In this document: one piece after another, positions 7,845 to 17,815 of the stretch | How the letters are laid out: each line of letters starts with the position of its first letter | How positions within the stretch are numbered: position 1 is the first letter of the stretch | From: Chloroflexota bacterium | Lineage (GTDB): Bacteria > Chloroflexota > UBA11872 > VXOZ01 | Direction of reading: 5' to 3' | DNA length: 64,000 nucleotides | Assembly: GCA_963663275.1 (NCBI GenBank) | Contig: OY760183.1 | Location: 1,120,001 to 1,184,000 of the forward strand | Program-made: the position numbers and the translations under genes | The notes under the pieces: generated by a model | What the model was told of the DNA's origin: nothing | The model's database searches: none | Seen by the model: the letters and a program-made list of their open reading frames with translations, nothing else

Positions 7845-9581
7845 ATGGCGTCTGCGACGAAGCCGGCCGCATTCGATGTGGGTGTCCCGCTGGGCATTGT
7901 CAAAATTGCCTTTACGCCCGAATACATCAAGGCTGTCATCGACTGCGTATTGCGGAGCCGGGACAAGGCGTCCGGCGGCGTACGCAAGGGGCTGGACTCG
8001 GCGATAAACGAGAGCATCACGCTAGACGGCTTCCGCTATTCGAGCAAAGCGCAGCCGTCTCAGCTCAGAGAGCCTATGTTGTGGCGGGTGAGCGAGGGAG
8101 ACAGCAGGCTCATCGGCCAGGTGCTCAGGACGTGGGCGGAAGCGCGGCAAGAGCTTCGCATTCCCGTCAGCCGCTATCTTACCGCTCAGGAAGTGCCGGT
8201 CGAAGGCCCGGACCTGCGCGAGGGAATTTTCTACGGCACCTGGCCGCGCGACGAGTGGAACGAGGCGATCGATACGGTTCTCGAAGGCAACCCCGAACTT
8301 GACCGCGACGACGTCAGGATGATGGTGTGCTACCTGTCCGGCATGGCGGAGAGGCTGGCGGTGGAGTCCGAGCCACTCTATGAGTGTATCGTCAGTCTGC
8401 GGCATCTTCCCGTCGATGCCCCTGATTGGCAAGACTTCGACGACTTCATAGATATCGTCAGAGAGATTGCGGAGAGCAAAGCCGGGAGCCGCGCCGCGGT
8501 CTTTGCCGAGCGTTGCCGCGACACCCTCCAGGAGATTCAGCGCGACTTCGCGGACGAACTGCAGTATCTTGAACTCGATCTTGCCGCCTGGGAGCAAGCG
8601 GCGGACGAGAGACCGGCTGTCATCGATGCCGCGCTGGAACTGGCGGAGGAACTGAGCGAACACCTTGCGGAGTATCAGGAAATTCGCCCCCAGGCGCCGT
8701 CCCGCAAGGTGGAGGCGGAACGAGCGCCCGCGCGCGCGGACCGGGAGGCGGCCATTTTCACTATTGCCGCCGAGTGGGAGCGTATTATCGCGGAGGCGGA
8801 CGACCTGAGCGACGACGCGGCGTCCGCCGCGGCCGCCGCCGACGCCCCGGCGGACGAAGAAGAGGAGACACCGCAAGAGGCAGGGCCGGCCGCGCCGCCG
8901 GAGGAATACCAGGTCCTGGCAGCCGAACGCGAGCGTCTCAAACAGGAACGCGAGTCGCTCAGGACCGAGAACGAGCGGTTGCGGTCCGACAACGAACAGT
9001 TCGCCAAAGCAAATAAGAGTCTGGAAGCGGACAAGCAGGCGCTCCACGGCGAGAATAGCGATCTGAAAGCCAAGCTGTCGCCGAGCCGCGACTTGGAGGA
9101 GTACTGGCGGCGCTACTACGCGGCGTCCGCACAGGTGGGAAGCGTCAACGATGCGGTCAAGCGCGCACAGCAGAAGTTCCCCGAGCAACTGGTCTTTGCC
9201 CTCAACTCGAAGTCCGATAAGGACGTTCCCTTTCAGGAGCCGGCCGAGGTCTTTGCCGCCCTTGCCTGGCTTGCGACGGACTACCATCACCTGCGCTGGA
9301 CGAAACCCGGTGAGGACCCGCGCTTCAACGAGCGCCTGAAGAAGTCCTGCCCCGGCTGGTCGTACCGGCCGCATCAGGCCACCACCACCAAACGGCAGTT
9401 CGCCGAGTGGTACGTGACCGAGGCCGAGGGCCGCCGGTACGAACTCGTCGAGCACCTGGGCAAGGGCACCAGCGCCGACCCGCAAAAGACGATCCGCATC
9501 GCGATCGCCTGGGACGACGAACGCGGCAAGGTGATCGTCGGCTACATCGGCCTGCACCAAAAGAACCGCCGCACCCGCTGA
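7845..9581 (+). CDS. Uncharacterised helical/coiled-coil protein with a C-terminal RelE-like domain
   Basis: Long ORF, GAGGGA RBS; acidic linker, heptad coiled coil (LAAERERLKQERESLRTENERLRSDNEQF), C-terminal HLGKGTSADPQKTIRIAIAWD...VIVGYIGLH. Domain call is tentative. Confidence 0.6.
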   Translation: MASATKPAAFDVGVPLGIVKIAFTPEYIKAVIDCVLRSRDKASGGVRKGLDSAINESITLDGFRYSSKAQPSQLREPMLWRVSEGDSRLIGQVLRTWAEARQELRIPVSRYLTAQEVPVEGPDLREGIFYGTWPRDEWNEAIDTVLEGNPELDRDDVRMMVCYLSGMAERLAVESEPLYECIVSLRHLPVDAPDWQDFDDFIDIVREIAESKAGSRAAVFAERCRDTLQEIQRDFADELQYLELDLAAWEQAADERPAVIDAALELAEELSEHLAEYQEIRPQAPSRKVEAERAPARADREAAIFTIAAEWERIIAEADDLSDDAASAAAAADAPADEEEETPQEAGPAAPPEEYQVLAAERERLKQERESLRTENERLRSDNEQFAKANKSLEADKQALHGENSDLKAKLSPSRDLEEYWRRYYAASAQVGSVNDAVKRAQQKFPEQLVFALNSKSDKDVPFQEPAEVFAALAWLATDYHHLRWTKPGEDPRFNERLKKSCPGWSYRPHQATTTKRQFAEWYVTEAEGRRYELVEHLGKGTSADPQKTIRIAIAWDDERGKVIVGYIGLHQKNRRTR

Positions 9582-9595
9582 CCTGCCGTGCAACC

Positions 9596-9853
9596 GTAGC
9601 GCGGGGGCTTGTCCCCCGCATGAGAGCATGCGGTAGGGGCGGTTCGCGAACCGCCCCTACGTGGGTGAATAGCCTCCCTCGCTCACGCCCTATTCCAATA
9701 CAATACGTAGCGCGGGGGCTTGTCCCCCGCCTCTGGATGCTTGCATGTGTGTGCATGACGGCGGCGGGCGTAGGTTACAAACCTACGCTACCGGAGCAAG
9801 GCTGCCGGACAACGTAGATTCCTCACTGCGCTGCGCTCCGTTCGGAATGACAT
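9596..9853. repeat. Mixed REP-like cluster (four palindrome families)
   Basis: GTAGCGCGGGGGCTTGTCCCCCGC x2, GTAGGGGCGGTTCGCGAACCGCCCCTAC, GGCGTAGGTTACAAACCTACGCTACCGG and AGATTCCTC...CGGAATGAC. Confidence 0.85.
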
Positions 9854-10044
9854 GTTTACACGCGGTGAGCGGCGCTGAATAATCCTGATGAGCCTGCCAC
9901 ATCTGTCAACGAATTTCCTGGCACGTACAGGAATGGCACGTGTAAACGTGGAGCGTGGCGCCGCATTCCCTTTACTTTTCGTATCAAGACTGTCAGCGAA
10001 CTACCTGACATTTGCGCAGCCCGCTCGCGCCGCCACAACCGAAG

Positions 10045-10184
10045 GAGACCTTTGCATATCCCCTTCCCCATTGAGGGGGAAGGTTGGGATGGGGGTGACA
10101 AGTCTTGACAGCAAGCCATCTTCAGTTGTAAATACGGTCTGGATTCTGGCTTTCGCCGGAATGACAGAGTTACGCAATGGTCTC
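10045..10184. mobile_element. 140-bp MITE-like element with GAGACCTTTGC-type terminal inverted repeats
   Basis: GAGACCTTTGCATA ... TACGCAATGGTCTC enclosing CCTTCCCCATTGAGGGGGAAGG and CTGGATTCTGGCTTTCGCCGGAATGAC palindromes; homologs at 21050 and 32570. Confidence 0.75.
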
Positions 10185-10201
10185 TTAAGGAGTATCTCGC
10201 T

Positions 10202-12106
10202 ATGCCTGAGCCAAGAATCTTCGACGATGCCGGCGTTTGGATGCGGGGCATTACGCGCGCCTGGCAGTTCTTGCCGCCGGTAGACGTGCGGGGCGCAATC
10301 ACGCCGGATGTGGTCGAGGCCGCCAGCGGTCACACGTTTGTCGTCACGCTTACCCTTGGCGCGGGTGTTTCCCTGCCCGCGGGCGCGCACATCACGTTGG
10401 AAATCCCGGAGTCCTGGGATTGTCACCTGGGCAATTGCTTTCGCCGGGGCGTGCGCACGGTAGGCAACCGCGAGCAGATTCGCGCGGGGTACGGCGCGTT
10501 CGCGGACGTGGCGTGCTCGAATGACGACGCGCAACTGGCCCACGCCGCCTCGTATGGGCGGCATCTCGACCTGCTTGACATCGTGGTGCAAGCGGGCGCG
10601 TTGGAGCCGGGAGACGAGGTGCGCGTCACCCTCGGCCCGCCCGACGGCAACCTGGTGCAGACCCAGAAGTTCGCCCAGACCGCGATCTTCAGCGTCGGCG
10701 TAGACCTGGACGGCAGCGGCGCGTACCGGCGCATTGCGACGTTTCCAACGGTGAAGGTGCTCGGCGCGAGTGCCGACCGCTTCCGCGTCTTTGCGCCGGC
10801 CGTGGCCCAAGCGGGTGAATCCTTCCCGGTGCGGGTGCTGCCGGTGGACGTCTACAGCTTCAATCCCGCCACGAACTACGCCGGTGAGGCGCGAGTCTTT
10901 GCCCCGGATGGCTTGGAAACCCAAGAAACTGTGCGGCTCGATACCGCTAAGCAGCCCGCCGGAGAGACGATTGCGGTCACTGCCAAGACCGGCGGCGTGC
11001 ACGCGCTCAGCGTCTTCGATCCCCAGACCGGCATCAGCGGCAAGAGCAATCCCATCGGCGCCGGCTTCCTGCCTGAGGGCGGCATCTACTTTGGCGAGAT
11101 GCACAGCCAGATGTGGCACAGCATGGGTACGGGCAGCACGGCGGAGTTCTTTACCTGGGGACGCGACGCGGCCGGCCTGGACTTCTGCGCGCCCGCCAAT
11201 CATTACAACTGGCGCTTCGAGGTCACGGAGGACATCTGGCAGAATCTCGTGGCCGACTGCAACCGCTTCAACGCCCCCGGCCGCTTTGTTACCCTGGTCA
11301 GCTACGAGTGGGGCGGCGTGAGCGGCAGCGGGCACAAGAACGTCTACTACCGGGGCGATAGCGGCCCTTTCCACTACTGGTATCGGGGCGAGCACGAGAA
11401 CCCCGACGCGCTCTGGCAAGAGATGGCAGCACGCGGCTTGGACGCGCTCACCGTCCCGCACCACACCAAGGCCAGCGGCGGCGTGGACTGGCGCTTTCGC
11501 AACGATCGCTACCAGCGCCTGGTGGAGATTTGCTCCAAGTGGGATATATCCGAAGCGTCCGGGCCGCACAGCGTGCAGGCGGCGCTGGCCATGGGACACC
11601 GGCTCGGCTTCGTCGGCGGCACGGACAGCCACTACGGCCTGGCCAATCAGGGCAGTTACCACGTGAACGACGGCAACGGTCTGGCCTGCGTGATCGCGCC
11701 GGAACTCACGCGGGCGGCGCTCTGGCAGGCGCTCCACGACCGCCGCTGCTACGCCACTACCGGCGACCGCATCCTGCTGGATTTCACTATCGACGGCAAA
11801 CCGATGGGGAGCGACAACGCCGCCGACCTGAGCGGCCTGGAGCCCCGCCGCCTGCACGTGCGCGCGGCGGGCACGGCGCCTATCACCCGTGTCGAGATCG
11901 TCCGCAACAATCGGACGATCTTCAGCGCCGACCCCCACCGCGACGTGTGGGAAGACGAGTGGGCCGACACCGCCGACCTGTCCGCCGCGGCCTTTGCCCC
12001 CACGTTCCCCAACGACCGCCCGTTCGTCTACTACTACCTGCGCCTCTACCAAGCCAACCGCCAACGGGCGTGGAGCAGTCCGATCTGGTTTACTCAAGTA
12101 GGATGA
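10202..12106 (+). CDS. PHP-fold metallohydrolase (DUF3604 / CehA-McbA-like)
   Basis: YFGEMHSQ, GLDFCAPANH, SYEW, GHKNV, VPHH, GFVGGTDSH, RRCYATTG and AWSSPIW motifs. Confidence 0.75.
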   Translation: MPEPRIFDDAGVWMRGITRAWQFLPPVDVRGAITPDVVEAASGHTFVVTLTLGAGVSLPAGAHITLEIPESWDCHLGNCFRRGVRTVGNREQIRAGYGAFADVACSNDDAQLAHAASYGRHLDLLDIVVQAGALEPGDEVRVTLGPPDGNLVQTQKFAQTAIFSVGVDLDGSGAYRRIATFPTVKVLGASADRFRVFAPAVAQAGESFPVRVLPVDVYSFNPATNYAGEARVFAPDGLETQETVRLDTAKQPAGETIAVTAKTGGVHALSVFDPQTGISGKSNPIGAGFLPEGGIYFGEMHSQMWHSMGTGSTAEFFTWGRDAAGLDFCAPANHYNWRFEVTEDIWQNLVADCNRFNAPGRFVTLVSYEWGGVSGSGHKNVYYRGDSGPFHYWYRGEHENPDALWQEMAARGLDALTVPHHTKASGGVDWRFRNDRYQRLVEICSKWDISEASGPHSVQAALAMGHRLGFVGGTDSHYGLANQGSYHVNDGNGLACVIAPELTRAALWQALHDRRCYATTGDRILLDFTIDGKPMGSDNAADLSGLEPRRLHVRAAGTAPITRVEIVRNNRTIFSADPHRDVWEDEWADTADLSAAAFAPTFPNDRPFVYYYLRLYQANRQRAWSSPIWFTQVG

Positions 12107-12145
12107 GAGCAACGCTCCATTCCGGCAGGAGCGGAAAGGCCACTG

Positions 12146-12784
12146 GTGACGGCGCCCGAGAGTCCAAAGCTATACCACATCCTTCACGTCGACAGGCTCA
12201 ACTCGATTATCGACGATGGCTGCCTTTGGTCGGATAGTGAGGCAACGCGGCGACGTGTTCCCGGCTCTACTATTGGCATGCACACTATCAAGCAGAGACG
12301 GCGCGGGAGGAAATTGCACAGCTACCCGGACTTGGCCGTAGGCGATTGTGTGCCGTTCTATTTCTGCCCCCGTTCCGTAATGCTCTACGTGATCCACAGG
12401 GCGAACAATCCTGAGTTGACATACAGAGGGGGGCAAACACCAATCGTCCACCTTGAAGCGGACTTACACGAGGTGTTCTCATGGGCGGAGCGGAACGAAA
12501 CACGCTGGGCCTTTACAACAACCAACGCCGGTTCCTACTATTTTGAGGATTACGCGGATCTGGCAGACCTGCATAGGGTGAATTGGAATGCGGTGCAGGC
12601 ACGCGACTGGAGAAGCTGCCAATCTGAAAAGCAAGCTGAATTCCTCGTTGAGCGGGCGTTTCCATGGACGTTGGTGGCGCGCATCGGTGTCCGCAATTGG
12701 GATGTGCGCACCGAAACGCAAACGATGATTGAAACGTCCACCCATCAGCCGCCTGTGGAAATCATACCGCGTTGGTATTATTGA
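12146..12784 (+). CDS. darT: DNA ADP-ribosyltransferase toxin DarT (DUF4433)
   Basis: LYHILHVDRL, VPFYFCPRSVMLYVI, FTTTNAG and KQAEFLV (catalytic Glu); directly upstream of a macrodomain gene. Confidence 0.92.
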   Translation: MTAPESPKLYHILHVDRLNSIIDDGCLWSDSEATRRRVPGSTIGMHTIKQRRRGRKLHSYPDLAVGDCVPFYFCPRSVMLYVIHRANNPELTYRGGQTPIVHLEADLHEVFSWAERNETRWAFTTTNAGSYYFEDYADLADLHRVNWNAVQARDWRSCQSEKQAEFLVERAFPWTLVARIGVRNWDVRTETQTMIETSTHQPPVEIIPRWYY

Positions 12785-12806
12785 TGTGAGTTGAGGAGGC
12801 GCCAAC

Positions 12807-13874
12807 GTGATTGAGTTCAAGACCGGCGACATTTTTGCCGAGGACGTCGAGGCGCTGGTTAACAGCGTCAACTGCGTGGGCGTCATGGGACGTGGCATAG
12901 CGCTGCAATTCAAGCAGGCCTTCCCCGAGAACTTCACGGCATACGCCGCCGCTTGCAAGCGCAAGGAGGTGCGGCCCGGGCGCATGTTCGTCTATGAGAC
13001 CGGCCACCTGGCCGGCCCGCGCTTCATCATCAACTTTCCCACCAAACGCCACTGGCGCGGCAAGAGCCGCATGGAGGACATCGAATCCGGTCTCGCGGCG
13101 CTAGCGCAGGAGATTCACGAGCGGAGAATTCGCTCCGTAGCGTTGCCGCCGCTGGGCAGCGGTTTGGGCGGTTTGGAATGGCAGGCCGTGCGCCAGCGCA
13201 TCGAGGCGCGGCTGCGAGAGCTGACGGCTGTCACGATAGTTGTGTTCGAGCCAAGCGGCGCGCCAGCGGACGCGATGGTGAATAAGTCGCTCGACGTGCC
13301 GCGAATGACACCCGGACGCGCGGCGCTGGTAGGCTTGATGGACCAGTATCTACGCAGTCTGCTCGATACGTCGGTGACACTATTGGAAGTGCATAAGCTC
13401 TTGTACCTCATGCAGGCCGCAGGCGAGCCTCTGAGGCTAACGTACGAGAAAGCGCCGCTTGGCCCATACGCCGAGAACCTGCGGCACGTTCTGAGAGCGG
13501 TTGAGGCGCATCTCATTTCCGGCTATGCCGACGGCGGTGACGCGCCAAACAAGGAACTGGAACTGGTTCCCGGCGCCGTAGAAGACGCCCGCGCCTTCCT
13601 TGAAGACCATCCGGACACACGCGCGCGCTTTGAAAAGGTGTCCGCCCTCGTCGACGGCTTCGAGTCGCCCTTTGGCCTCGAACTCTTGACGACGGTGCAT
13701 TGGGTAGCCGCGGAGCATCCGCATGCGACGGATGAAGAAATCATTGCCGGTACGTATGACTGGGGCGAGCGCAAGCGACAGTTCTCAGAGCGGCAAATAC
13801 GTCTGGCGCTCGACGTTCTCAGGAAGCAGGGCTGGCTGGAAACTGATTCTCAAACAAGCGGTGCGGGTTCGTAA
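12807..13874 (+). CDS. darG: Macrodomain antitoxin DarG
   Basis: ALVNSVNCVGVMGRGIALQFK, IINFPTKRHWR and LPPLGSGLGGL; C-terminal GPYAENLRH and GFESPFGLELL. Confidence 0.93.
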   Translation: MIEFKTGDIFAEDVEALVNSVNCVGVMGRGIALQFKQAFPENFTAYAAACKRKEVRPGRMFVYETGHLAGPRFIINFPTKRHWRGKSRMEDIESGLAALAQEIHERRIRSVALPPLGSGLGGLEWQAVRQRIEARLRELTAVTIVVFEPSGAPADAMVNKSLDVPRMTPGRAALVGLMDQYLRSLLDTSVTLLEVHKLLYLMQAAGEPLRLTYEKAPLGPYAENLRHVLRAVEAHLISGYADGGDAPNKELELVPGAVEDARAFLEDHPDTRARFEKVSALVDGFESPFGLELLTTVHWVAAEHPHATDEEIIAGTYDWGERKRQFSERQIRLALDVLRKQGWLETDSQTSGAGS

Positions 13875-13886
13875 AGAGTACAAGCT

Positions 13887-14768
13887 ATGAGCCGGCGGGT
13901 GTTGCGCAAGCGGCTCATCGCGGCCATCGAGGCGGGAGATTTGTCGCAGGTGGCTGCAATTGCGGCCGCGGATCCTGGCATCGTCAACGCGGCGAATGCG
14001 CACGGCCACGTGCCGCTGGGCGCGGCGATTGGCACGGGTTGTCTGGAGCGGGTGGAACTGCTGGTTGCTCTGGGCGCGGATCCGCGCCATACCTATCACG
14101 GACGGTCTCTGCTGGACGCGGCGGCGTACGGCGGGCACTCCGAGATATTCCGCTATTTTGTGGAGCGCGGCCTGACGCCGACCGTGCACCATGCCGCGGC
14201 GCTTGGCGATATTCCGCTGCTGGAGGAGATGCTGGCGGCAAATCCGGCGCTGCTCCGGCCCACGGCCGCGGGCGGGCGCTGGCGCAACACGCCGCTGCAC
14301 GCGGCGGTAATTGGGGGCAATCGCGACGCGGTCGCCTTCCTGCTGGCGCGCGATGCGCCGGTGGATGCTGAGAACCACAACGGCCACACTGCGCTGGCCC
14401 TGTGCGCGGAGTGCTCCAGCGCGGACGCGCGTGCGCTCATTGCCCAGTTGCTGCTGGCGCGCGGCGCGGACGCGAACGCCCCCGCCGGGCATCACGGCGG
14501 TACCGCGCTCCACCGGGCGGTTGTGAACGGTGACCTTGCCTTGGCGCGGGCGTTGCTGGAGAGCGGGGCCGACCCAAATCGCCAGGATTGGTCCGGCAAG
14601 ACGCCGCTGCACCATGCGGCGGCCAAGAACCGGCGCCTCGTCGAACTGGTGCTGGCGTTCGCGCCGGATCTTGCGCTGCAATCCCGGGAAGGCGAAACGC
14701 CCGCGCAGTACGCGCGGCGCTTGCGCAAGCGGGCGATTGTGAAACTGCTGGAAGACGCGCGGCAGTGA
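13887..14768 (+). CDS. Ankyrin repeat protein
   Basis: Repeated TPLH/TALH motifs with LLARGADAN and LLESGADPN. Confidence 0.92.
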   Translation: MSRRVLRKRLIAAIEAGDLSQVAAIAAADPGIVNAANAHGHVPLGAAIGTGCLERVELLVALGADPRHTYHGRSLLDAAAYGGHSEIFRYFVERGLTPTVHHAAALGDIPLLEEMLAANPALLRPTAAGGRWRNTPLHAAVIGGNRDAVAFLLARDAPVDAENHNGHTALALCAECSSADARALIAQLLLARGADANAPAGHHGGTALHRAVVNGDLALARALLESGADPNRQDWSGKTPLHHAAAKNRRLVELVLAFAPDLALQSREGETPAQYARRLRKRAIVKLLEDARQ

Positions 14769-14783
14769 GCCGCTCTCCCAGCG

Positions 14784-14985
14784 GAGACCTTTGCAAAACT
14801 TCGCGGAGAGGCGAACAGTTCCCTCTCCTGGGGGAGAGGGTTAGGGTGAGGGGATATTGTGCGGCGAGTCGTGCCTAAACCTTGCGGAATGGGGCCGAGC
14901 CGACGAGGATTCTCCCTCACCCCGGCCCTCTCCCCAGGGAGAGGGAGTTTCAATGCGCGCCGACCGGGGTTACGCAAAGGTCTTC
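14784..14985. mobile_element. MITE-like element with GAGACCTTTGCAAAA-type ends and two CCCTCTCCC..GGGAGAGGG palindromes
   Basis: GAGACCTTTGCAAAAC ... GTTACGCAAAGGTCTTC; flanks CAGCG / CAGTG. Confidence 0.65.
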
Positions 14986-15109
14986 CAGTGGAGCGCCTTG
15001 CGTGAAGCCCCCGCTTTCGCCGCGTGGGGCGGTGTGGTAGAATGCTCATGGTCATTCGGACTCTTTTCCACTTTGGCTTCTTTCCACTAGCCCCGGAGTG
15101 TAGATTGGC

Positions 15110-15964
15110 GTGGAGATTTCCTGGTACGGCAACGGATGTTTCCGCTTGCGCAGCCAGCTAGGGACGGTGATTGCCGACCCATACCCGCCCACCCCCGCGC
15201 TTCGACCGCCCAAGTTCACCGCCGGCATCGTCACGCTCAGCGATCCCACCCTCTGCGACGACACCGCCGTCACCCGGGCGAACGACTGCATCCGTCTCGC
15301 CGGGCCGGGCGAGTACGAAATCGGCGGCATCTTCATCTGGGGCGTGCCTATGGACGGGCGCGGCCAGTCCTCCACAGACTCGCAGGCGCCGGCTCACGCG
15401 CCGGTGACGGCCTTCGTCTTCGAACTGGAAGGCACGACGGTCTGCCACCTGGGCCTGCCGCGGCAGATGCCGTCCGCCGCGCAGATCGAGGACATTGGCA
15501 ACGTGGACGTGCTGCTGCTGCCGGTGGGCGGGCCGGAGCGGATCGGCGTGCAAGCGGTGTCGGATCTGGCCAGCGAACTTGAGCCGAAGGCGCTGATTCC
15601 GATGTACTACAGCCTGCCGGACGCGCCCGATGACCGTTTTCACGCGCTGGGGCGGTTGGCGCGCGAACTGGGCACGAAATTGCCGGAACCGCAAACCTCG
15701 CTCAATACGCGCCGCCGGGGCGGGTTGGGCCAGAATACCTTGGTCGTGCTGGAATGCCGGGCGCAAATCCGCCGCGAAACCGGCGCGCCAGGGCGCGAAA
15801 CCGGCGCGCAGAGCCGCGAGGCCGCCGCGCAGAGCCGCGAGGCCGCCGCGCAGAGCCGCGAAACCGGCGCGCCAGGGCGCGAAACCGGCGCGCAGAGCCG
15901 CGAGGCCGCCGCGCAGAGCCGCGAGGCCGCCGCGCAGAGCCGCGAAACCGCCGCGCGGAAGTAA
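15110..15964 (+). CDS. MBL-fold (Lactamase_B_3-like) protein with degenerate metal site and C-terminal heptad repeats
   Basis: MEISWYGNGCFRL, GPGEYEIGG, DVLLLPVGG and LEPKALIPMY; the usual SHxHxDH motif is absent. Confidence 0.75.
   Translation: MEISWYGNGCFRLRSQLGTVIADPYPPTPALRPPKFTAGIVTLSDPTLCDDTAVTRANDCIRLAGPGEYEIGGIFIWGVPMDGRGQSSTDSQAPAHAPVTAFVFELEGTTVCHLGLPRQMPSAAQIEDIGNVDVLLLPVGGPERIGVQAVSDLASELEPKALIPMYYSLPDAPDDRFHALGRLARELGTKLPEPQTSLNTRRRGGLGQNTLVVLECRAQIRRETGAPGRETGAQSREAAAQSREAAAQSRETGAPGRETGAQSREAAAQSREAAAQSRETAARK
15773..15961 (+). repeat. Coding minisatellite, 9 x 21 bp with an 84-bp higher-order duplication
   Basis: (RETGAPG-RETGAQS-REAAAQS-REAAAQS) x2 + RETAARK. Confidence 0.92.
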
Positions 15965-15972
15965 GGAGAGCG

Positions 15973-17700
15973 ATGAGAGACAAGCGGCGCAATGCCAAGC
16001 ACATCTTCGTAACCGGCGGCGTCGTCTCCTCCGTGGGCAAAGGCGTGGCCGTGGCCGCCATCGGGCGCCTGCTCAAGAGCCGGGGCATCCGCGTCTCCAT
16101 CCAGAAGCTCGACCCCTACTTCAACGTCGATCCCGGCACCATGAGCCCCTACCAGCACGGCGAGGTGTTCGTGACGGAAGACGGCGCGGAAACCGACCTG
16201 GACCTGGGCCATTACGAGCGCTTCATCGACGAGCACCTCACCCGCGAGAGCAACGTGACCGCGGGCCAGGTGTTCGAGCACGTAATCGAGAAGGAGCGGC
16301 GCGGCGACTTCCTGGGCGGCACGGTGCAGATGATCCCCCACGTCACGGGTGAGATTCGCGAACGCATCATGCGCGTGGGAGAAACCTCCAACGCCGAGGT
16401 GGTAATCGTGGAGGTGGGCGGCACGGTGGGCGATTACGAGAGCCTGCCCTTCATCGAGAGCATCCGCCAACTCCGGCGCAGCCTTGGCAGAGAGAACATC
16501 TTCTACATCCACGTAACCTTGCTTCCCCACATCGCCACCACCGGCGAGTTGAAGACGAAACCCACCCAGCACAGCGTGCAGGAACTGCGGCGTCTCGGCA
16601 TTCAGCCCGATATGATCATCTGCCGCTCCGACTATGAAATGCCGCCGGAACTGCGCGAGAAGATTGCGCTCTTCTGCGACGTGGACGAACCGTCCGTCAT
16701 CCCGCTGGTCACCTTCTCCTCCATCTACGAGGTGCCGCTCTACCTGGAGAATATCGGCGTCGGCGCGGTGCTGGCGCAGTCCCTGCGCCTGCCGGAGCGG
16801 GCGCCGGACCTATCCGTCTGGGAAGAGATCGTGGCGCACGTCAACGGCTACTACCGTCCGTTGCGCATAGCCATCGTTGGTAAGTACACGCAGATGCCGG
16901 ACGCCTACCTGAGCGTGGCGGAGGCCCTGCGGCACGCCTGCATCGCGCATAGGGCGCACCTGGACCTGAAGTGGGTGAACGCCGAGGACGTGGAAGCGGA
17001 TGGGCCGGAAGCGCACCTGGGCGACGTGCGCGGCATTGTGGTGCCGGGTGGCTTTGGCCCGCGCGGCATCGAGGGCAAGATTGCGGCGGCGCGCTTCGCC
17101 CGCGAAAACGCAATTCCCTACCTGGGCCTGTGCCTCGGCTTGCAGGTTGCCGTCATCGAGTGCGCCCGCGCGGTGTTGGGCGCGCAGGCCAACAGCACCG
17201 AATTCGACCCGGATACCCCGCTGCCGGTAATCGACCAGATGGAGAGCCAACGCGGCATAACCCGCAAGGGCGGCACCATGCGGCTGGGCGCGTACCCGTG
17301 CGCGCTGGAACCGGGCACGCTTGCCGCCGCGGCCTACGGCGAGTCCCTGGTGCATGAGCGCCACCGCCACCGCTGGGAGGTGAACGACCGCTACAAGGAC
17401 GCGCTGGCGGCCCATGGCTTCCGGGTGAGCGGCGTCTGGCCGGAAGGCGGCTTGGCGGAAATCATGGAACGGACCGACCACCCCTTCTTCCTGGGCAGCC
17501 AGTTTCACCCGGAGTTCAAGTCCCGCCCCAACCGCCCCCACCCGCTCTTCGCGGCCTTCGTCCAAGCCGGCAAACAGGTGCACCTGGAAGGCGACCAGGA
17601 ACCCCTGCCCATCGGCGCAAACGACGACACGCTCCCCCCACCCCCGGCGCTGGACCCGGAGGATGAGGAATATCCGGTACCCAGCGGCCGGTTGCCGTAG
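15973..17700 (+). CDS. pyrG: CTP synthase
   Basis: [47 protein letters not shown] and QFHPEF; AAGGAG RBS before ATG 15973. Confidence 0.98.
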   Translation: MRDKRRNAKHIFVTGGVVSSVGKGVAVAAIGRLLKSRGIRVSIQKLDPYFNVDPGTMSPYQHGEVFVTEDGAETDLDLGHYERFIDEHLTRESNVTAGQVFEHVIEKERRGDFLGGTVQMIPHVTGEIRERIMRVGETSNAEVVIVEVGGTVGDYESLPFIESIRQLRRSLGRENIFYIHVTLLPHIATTGELKTKPTQHSVQELRRLGIQPDMIICRSDYEMPPELREKIALFCDVDEPSVIPLVTFSSIYEVPLYLENIGVGAVLAQSLRLPERAPDLSVWEEIVAHVNGYYRPLRIAIVGKYTQMPDAYLSVAEALRHACIAHRAHLDLKWVNAEDVEADGPEAHLGDVRGIVVPGGFGPRGIEGKIAAARFARENAIPYLGLCLGLQVAVIECARAVLGAQANSTEFDPDTPLPVIDQMESQRGITRKGGTMRLGAYPCALEPGTLAAAAYGESLVHERHRHRWEVNDRYKDALAAHGFRVSGVWPEGGLAEIMERTDHPFFLGSQFHPEFKSRPNRPHPLFAAFVQAGKQVHLEGDQEPLPIGANDDTLPPPPALDPEDEEYPVPSGRLP

Positions 17701-17815
17701 GAGCGTGGGCAGTGTCCTGGCGCCAGTACGGCGTGGGGAAGGAGCGGTTGGGGTGAAATGTGACAGCGCGTTGCGTGGACACTTGTAGCGAGCCTAAAGC
17801 GCACCTCCGGAGAGA

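Noticed and set aside
8022-12112. Long antisense ORFs (8022..9629, 10001..12112; also 19707..21218, 42857..44611, 59296..61209)
   Set aside because: Shadow ORFs opposite well-supported genes in high-GC DNA, with no recognisable motifs.
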